Part shown: positions 60,438 to 64,000 of the stretch, in pieces
Layout of the letters: each line of letters starts with the position of its first letter
How positions within the stretch are numbered: position 1 is the first letter of the stretch
Assembly (NCBI GenBank): GCA_000004695.1
Contig: CM000154.2
Coordinates: forward strand, 928,001-992,000
DNA length: 64,000 nt
From: Dictyostelium discoideum
Taxonomy: Eukaryota
Direction of reading: 5' to 3'
Program-made: the position numbers and the translations under genes
The notes under the pieces: generated by a model
The model's database searches: none
The model's input: the letters and a program-made list of their open reading frames with translations, nothing else
What the model was told of the DNA's origin: nothing

Positions 60438-61793
60438 TTAAGATTTTTCAATTGTAAATAATTTTGAATCATTACTAAAATTATTAATTTGATTAAAAGA
60501 ATTTGATGGTATATAGATTGTAGTTCTAAAGAATTTTTTATCATTTTTAAAATCATAATCAAAACAAATTATATTAACATTATAAGATGCAATACAAGGT
60601 GCTTTAATTGTAAAAGGTTTAATACCATCGAATGAGATTTTATTATAATCAAAACTTGTCCAATTTGAAATGTTTGTAATTGTTGGTACTTGTTTACCTA
60701 AATAATTTAATGGCAATTCTTTAAGAGTTTGCATTTTATTATGCCATGTTATTGTTTTAAAAAAATTATCATTTGTAAATTCTGAAACATCTTTACGATT
60801 GATTTTAGCCAATTCTAAAATTGATTTATTTTTAATATCTGATACTTTAAATAAAAGATTTTGTTGGAATCCAAAATTACCAATATGCTCTTCACTTAAA
60901 TTACAACGTTTTCTCATATTACATGTATATCTTAATCTAAACTCTTCGTCATCTGAAATCGATTCATTCATTGATAATATTTTAATAATAATTGAATGAA
61001 TTATATCATTTGTTGATAAATAGCAATCAGTTATTATTGATTTAATTAAATTTTCAATTTCAATTAAATTAAAATTAACTTTAATTGTAATATTTTCAAT
61101 TTTTGGTTTTTCGCTACTTGTATCATCACCACTACTACTTCCAAATGGGGTATAGGTATATCCTAAAAATTGTTTACCGTAATCACGAAAATTTTGTAAA
61201 TCTGTTAATGATGGTTGATCCCTATCATAAAAATCTTGACCATTAATTATTATTGGTTTCTTTAATGTTACTTTTTCATTTTCACCATTGTTTGAATAAA
61301 TCATTGAAAGATATTTAAAGAAATAGTACATACTACTTTGATCAAATAATGAATGATTAATACTATATCCAATTACAAAACCATCTTTTAATATGGTTAA
61401 TTTAAATGAACCCATTGGTAATCCTTCTAAATCAAAAGAGAATCCATTTTTCATTCTTTCATCAAGTAATTTCATTGGTATAATTGATTCTAATGTTGTT
61501 GTTTCAATTAATTCATTTTCTCTATTTTCAATTTCCAATTGATCATTAACTTTGTGATGTGATTTTGGTGGGTAACTAATGCACCAAATTCCATTTTCAG
61601 AGTGAAATGTTGATAGTAAAACTGGGAACTCATCGAATACTTGCTCCATTGATTTTAAGAATTTCTCTAAATCAATCTCTCCTTTAAAGAAATAACCACC
61701 TCTTGAGAAAACTGTATGTGCTGCATAATCTAACCCATCAAATTTCTTATAAAAAATATTATTTGATTTAAATAATTTTGAAGTATCTGTCAT
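60438..61793 (-). CDS. HxxxD-motif acyltransferase (chloramphenicol-acetyltransferase-like / BAHD-condensation superfamily), 451 aa from the first ATG at 61793
   Basis: GFVIGYSINHSLFDQSSMYYF contains the catalytic HxxxD. The protein is about 450 aa with no low-complexity tracts. The track ORF starts at an upstream alternative TTG at 61865. Confidence 0.5.
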   Translation of the reverse strand: MTDTSKLFKSNNIFYKKFDGLDYAAHTVFSRGGYFFKGEIDLEKFLKSMEQVFDEFPVLLSTFHSENGIWCISYPPKSHHKVNDQLEIENRENELIETTTLESIIPMKLLDERMKNGFSFDLEGLPMGSFKLTILKDGFVIGYSINHSLFDQSSMYYFFKYLSMIYSNNGENEKVTLKKPIIINGQDFYDRDQPSLTDLQNFRDYGKQFLGYTYTPFGSSSGDDTSSEKPKIENITIKVNFNLIEIENLIKSIITDCYLSTNDIIHSIIIKILSMNESISDDEEFRLRYTCNMRKRCNLSEEHIGNFGFQQNLLFKVSDIKNKSILELAKINRKDVSEFTNDNFFKTITWHNKMQTLKELPLNYLGKQVPTITNISNWTSFDYNKISFDGIKPFTIKAPCIASYNVNIICFDYDFKNDKKFFRTTIYIPSNSFNQINNFSNDSKLFTIEKS

Positions 61794-61847
61794 TTTTAAA
61801 GTTTTTATAATGAAATCTGATTTTTGAAAAAAATATTTTTTTTTTTG

Positions 61848-61866
61848 AAATAAGCAACAAAACAAA

Positions 61867-61901
<35 letters not shown>

Positions 61902-62006
61902 CAGGAAAACGTTAGGAATCTTGAAATAAGCAACCAGCCAAAGTTTTTTTTTTTTTTTTTAATGGGAAAACGTTAAGAATTTAAAAATAAGCAAAAAGCC
62001 AAAGTT
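61848..62006. repeat. Three tandem imperfect copies (about 60-bp period) of GGAAAACGTTARGAAT-YTRAAATAAGCAAMMAGCCAAAG followed by T(10-20), in the 5' flank of the acyltransferase gene
   Basis: 61903-61946 and 61964-62006 are full copies, about 80% identical. 61848-61872 is a partial copy containing GAAATAAGCAAC..AAAAGG plus a T-run. Confidence 0.7.
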
Positions 62007-62247
62007 TTTTTTATTTTTTTGGAAAAAATGGGTTTGCAATTGGAAATGATAGAAATTAATTATCCAAATTTTATTAAAAATTTTAATTGACTAAACAAAA
62101 TATTTATTAAAGCCATGGCATGTTAACATGGTCAAATAAATATTGTTTTAAAAATAAATAATTCTTTTTTTATTTTTTTTTTTTTTATTTTTTTTTTTTT
62201 TTTATTAAATAATTTATAAATTATTTAATTAAAATTTTTTTTATTTT

Positions 62248-63631
62248 TTATTTTTTATTTAAAATAGAGTTTACTACATTTAAAACTTGACCAGATCTAA
62301 TTAATTTATAAACTTCTTCTATATCTGGTTGTATGAATCTATCTTTATCCATAAAAGTAACTTTTGAACGTACTAATTGATAGACTGCTTCTAATGGTTC
62401 AGTGGTTTTTAAAGGTCTTCTAAAATCCAAACCTTGACAAGCTGCTAATAATTCGATTGCTAAAACATTTTCAACATTTTCAACAACATTTAAACATTTA
62501 CGAGCAGACCAACCACCCATTGAAACGTGATCTTCTTTTGCACTACTTGTGCTAATGGTATCTGCAGAAGAAGGATGAACCAAAACTTTATTTTCACTTA
62601 CCAAAGCAGCACTTGTACAATGAGCAATCATGAAACCTGAATTTAAACCACCACCATTTACCAAAAATGATGGAAGACCATCACTCAATTGTGAATTTAC
62701 CAAACGTTCTAAACGACGTTCACTAATATTTGAAAGTTCATGAATACCAATTGTAAGGTAATCCAATGCCTTTGCAGGATACTCACCATGGAAGTTACCA
62801 CCACTAATTGTGCCACATAATTCATCAGTGTCGAAAACCATTGGATTATCAGTTGCAGAGTTCATCTCGGTGTTTATAATTCCCTGAACGAAATCAATGG
62901 TATCGAAAACGATACCATGAACTTGTGGTACACAACGTAATGTATAACTATCTTGAACTTTCTTTGTATCTTTATTTGCCAATGTAATCTCTGATGGATA
63001 TTGGTCACTATGAAGTACTGATCTTAAGAATGCTGCAACCCTACCTTGACCTGAATGTGGTCTGGCGGCATGGATCAATGGATGGTAGGCGGCAGTCAAA
63101 CCTTTTAAAGCTTCAAATGTCATTGCTGTTATAATATTGGCAGTCTCTGCCAATACCTTACAACGATAAACTGCCTCTGCACCCAATGAAGTAATCAATT
63201 GTGTACCATTAATCAATGCAAGACCTTCCTTTGCGTTCAATTCAATTGGTGTTAAATTTTGTCTCTTTAAAATTTCATTGGCTGGTGAGAATTTAAAGTT
63301 TCTATACTCTAAAACATCGACATCCAAGTTACTGGTGAATGTATTTCCACTGTCGCCAAAATCATACATCTTACCCTCACCCATCATACCCAATGCTAAA
63401 TGTGATAATGGTGCTAAATCTCCAGATGCTCCAACTGTTCCTTTCTCTGGAACCAATGGTAAACAATTACCATTCAATATTTTAATTGCTCTCTTTACTG
63501 TCTCTAATGTAATACCACTGTATCCTTTTGTTAATACATTAATTCTTAATGCTAATAACATTCTAGTTCTTTCTGGTGTTAATGGTGTACCAACACCTGA
63601 TGAATGTGATCTAATTAAATTAACTTGTAAC
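62248..63631 (-). CDS. Histidine ammonia-lyase (HAL/PAL aromatic amino acid lyase family), exon 2 of 2
   Basis: [25 protein letters not shown] contains the Ala-Ser-Gly MIO-forming triad. The protein is collinear with human HAL ([90 protein letters not shown]). Acceptor ttaatag at 63632-63634. Confidence 0.85.
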
Positions 63632-63724
63632 CTATTAAATAATTTAATAAATTAAAAAAATATATTAGTCGTAATTAAAAAATAAATGTTTTTTTTTTTT
63701 TTTGATCTTTATCTATTTGTATGT

Positions 63725-63763
<39 letters not shown>

Positions 63764-63764
<1 letters not shown>

Positions 63765-63999
63765 TTTTAACTTGATCAGGTGGGATGATAACATCAGAGA
63801 ATAAACCGAAACCAGTATTAATACCATACACGGTTTTTTCAGACTTTAAAATATCATCAATTACATTTCTACCTTTTTGAATTAATTCTTCAACTTCTTG
63901 TGTAATTGAAACATTATATCCTCTATAACCAATGTTTATAAGATCTTCAATCTTTAATGTATTTCCATTTAAATAAACGATTTTATCAGTAGTTGACAT
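63764..63999 (-). CDS. Histidine ammonia-lyase, exon 1 of 2 ([28 protein letters not shown]...[23 protein letters not shown])
   Basis: ATG at 63999, 2 nt from the window edge. It matches the HAL N-terminal domain (LDGDRLTTEDLVNLGKGRYKIKLT...VVYGITTGFGKFARTVIP). Donor GTAAAA at 63763, phase 2; at+G gives Met, producing ...[16 protein letters not shown]. Confidence 0.8.
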
Positions 64000-64000
64000 A

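Noticed and set aside
61794-61865. 24 extra N-terminal residues of the acyltransferase ORF (MFCCLFQKKKYFF...)
   Set aside because: Starts at a TTG, overlaps the promoter repeat and T-runs; the first ATG is at 61793.

Overview
The window is AT-rich, low-complexity eukaryotic nuclear DNA with the hallmarks of Dictyostelium discoideum. Intergenic regions are dominated by A/T homopolymers. Introns are short (80-200 nt), AT-rich and GTAAGT/GTATGT...AG. Coding regions are punctuated by (AAT)n/(CAA)n tracts encoding poly-Asn/Gln. There is no prokaryotic operon structure and no CRISPR, rRNA or tRNA. About 26 protein-coding genes are resolved by homology, many with introns reconstructed by hand. Splice coordinates are anchored to the ORF track and protein register and should be read as +/-1-2 nt.

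Genes, in order (strand in brackets):
- partial NDOR1/Tah18-like diflavin reductase (+)
- KUP/HAK K+ transporter (-)
- PRTase-domain protein (+)
- divergent EF2 paralog with degenerate GTPase motifs and a frameshift (+)
- RMND1/DUF155-like (-)
- 276-aa hypothetical (-)
- Vps60/CHMP5 (-)
- ribosomal P1 (+)
- two tandem Asn-rich proteins with mitochondrial-presequence-like N-termini (+,+)
- ZZ-finger + adenylation-thiolation-reductase (A-T-R) carboxylic-acid-reductase-like enzyme (+)
- six-exon IPT/EGF-like type I membrane protein (-)
- secreted patatin-like phospholipase (-)
- ECM29 (-) and HID1 (+), a divergent pair
- SAM methyltransferase (+)
- coiled-coil protein (-)
- Arf-like GTPase (+)
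- EEP/neutral-sphingomyelinase-like phosphodiesterase (-)
- secreted TadA/guanine-deaminase-like deaminase (-)
- Asn-rich hypothetical (-)
- Beclin-1/Atg6 (+)
- HxxxD acyltransferase (-)
- histidine ammonia-lyase (-)

Most notable non-coding signal: two 98%-identical ~158-bp GC-richer elements, each about 60 bp downstream of a DUSE-like ncRNA promoter element (ATCCCACAA / ATCCCAAAA). I read these as a tandem pair of unclassified small ncRNA genes.
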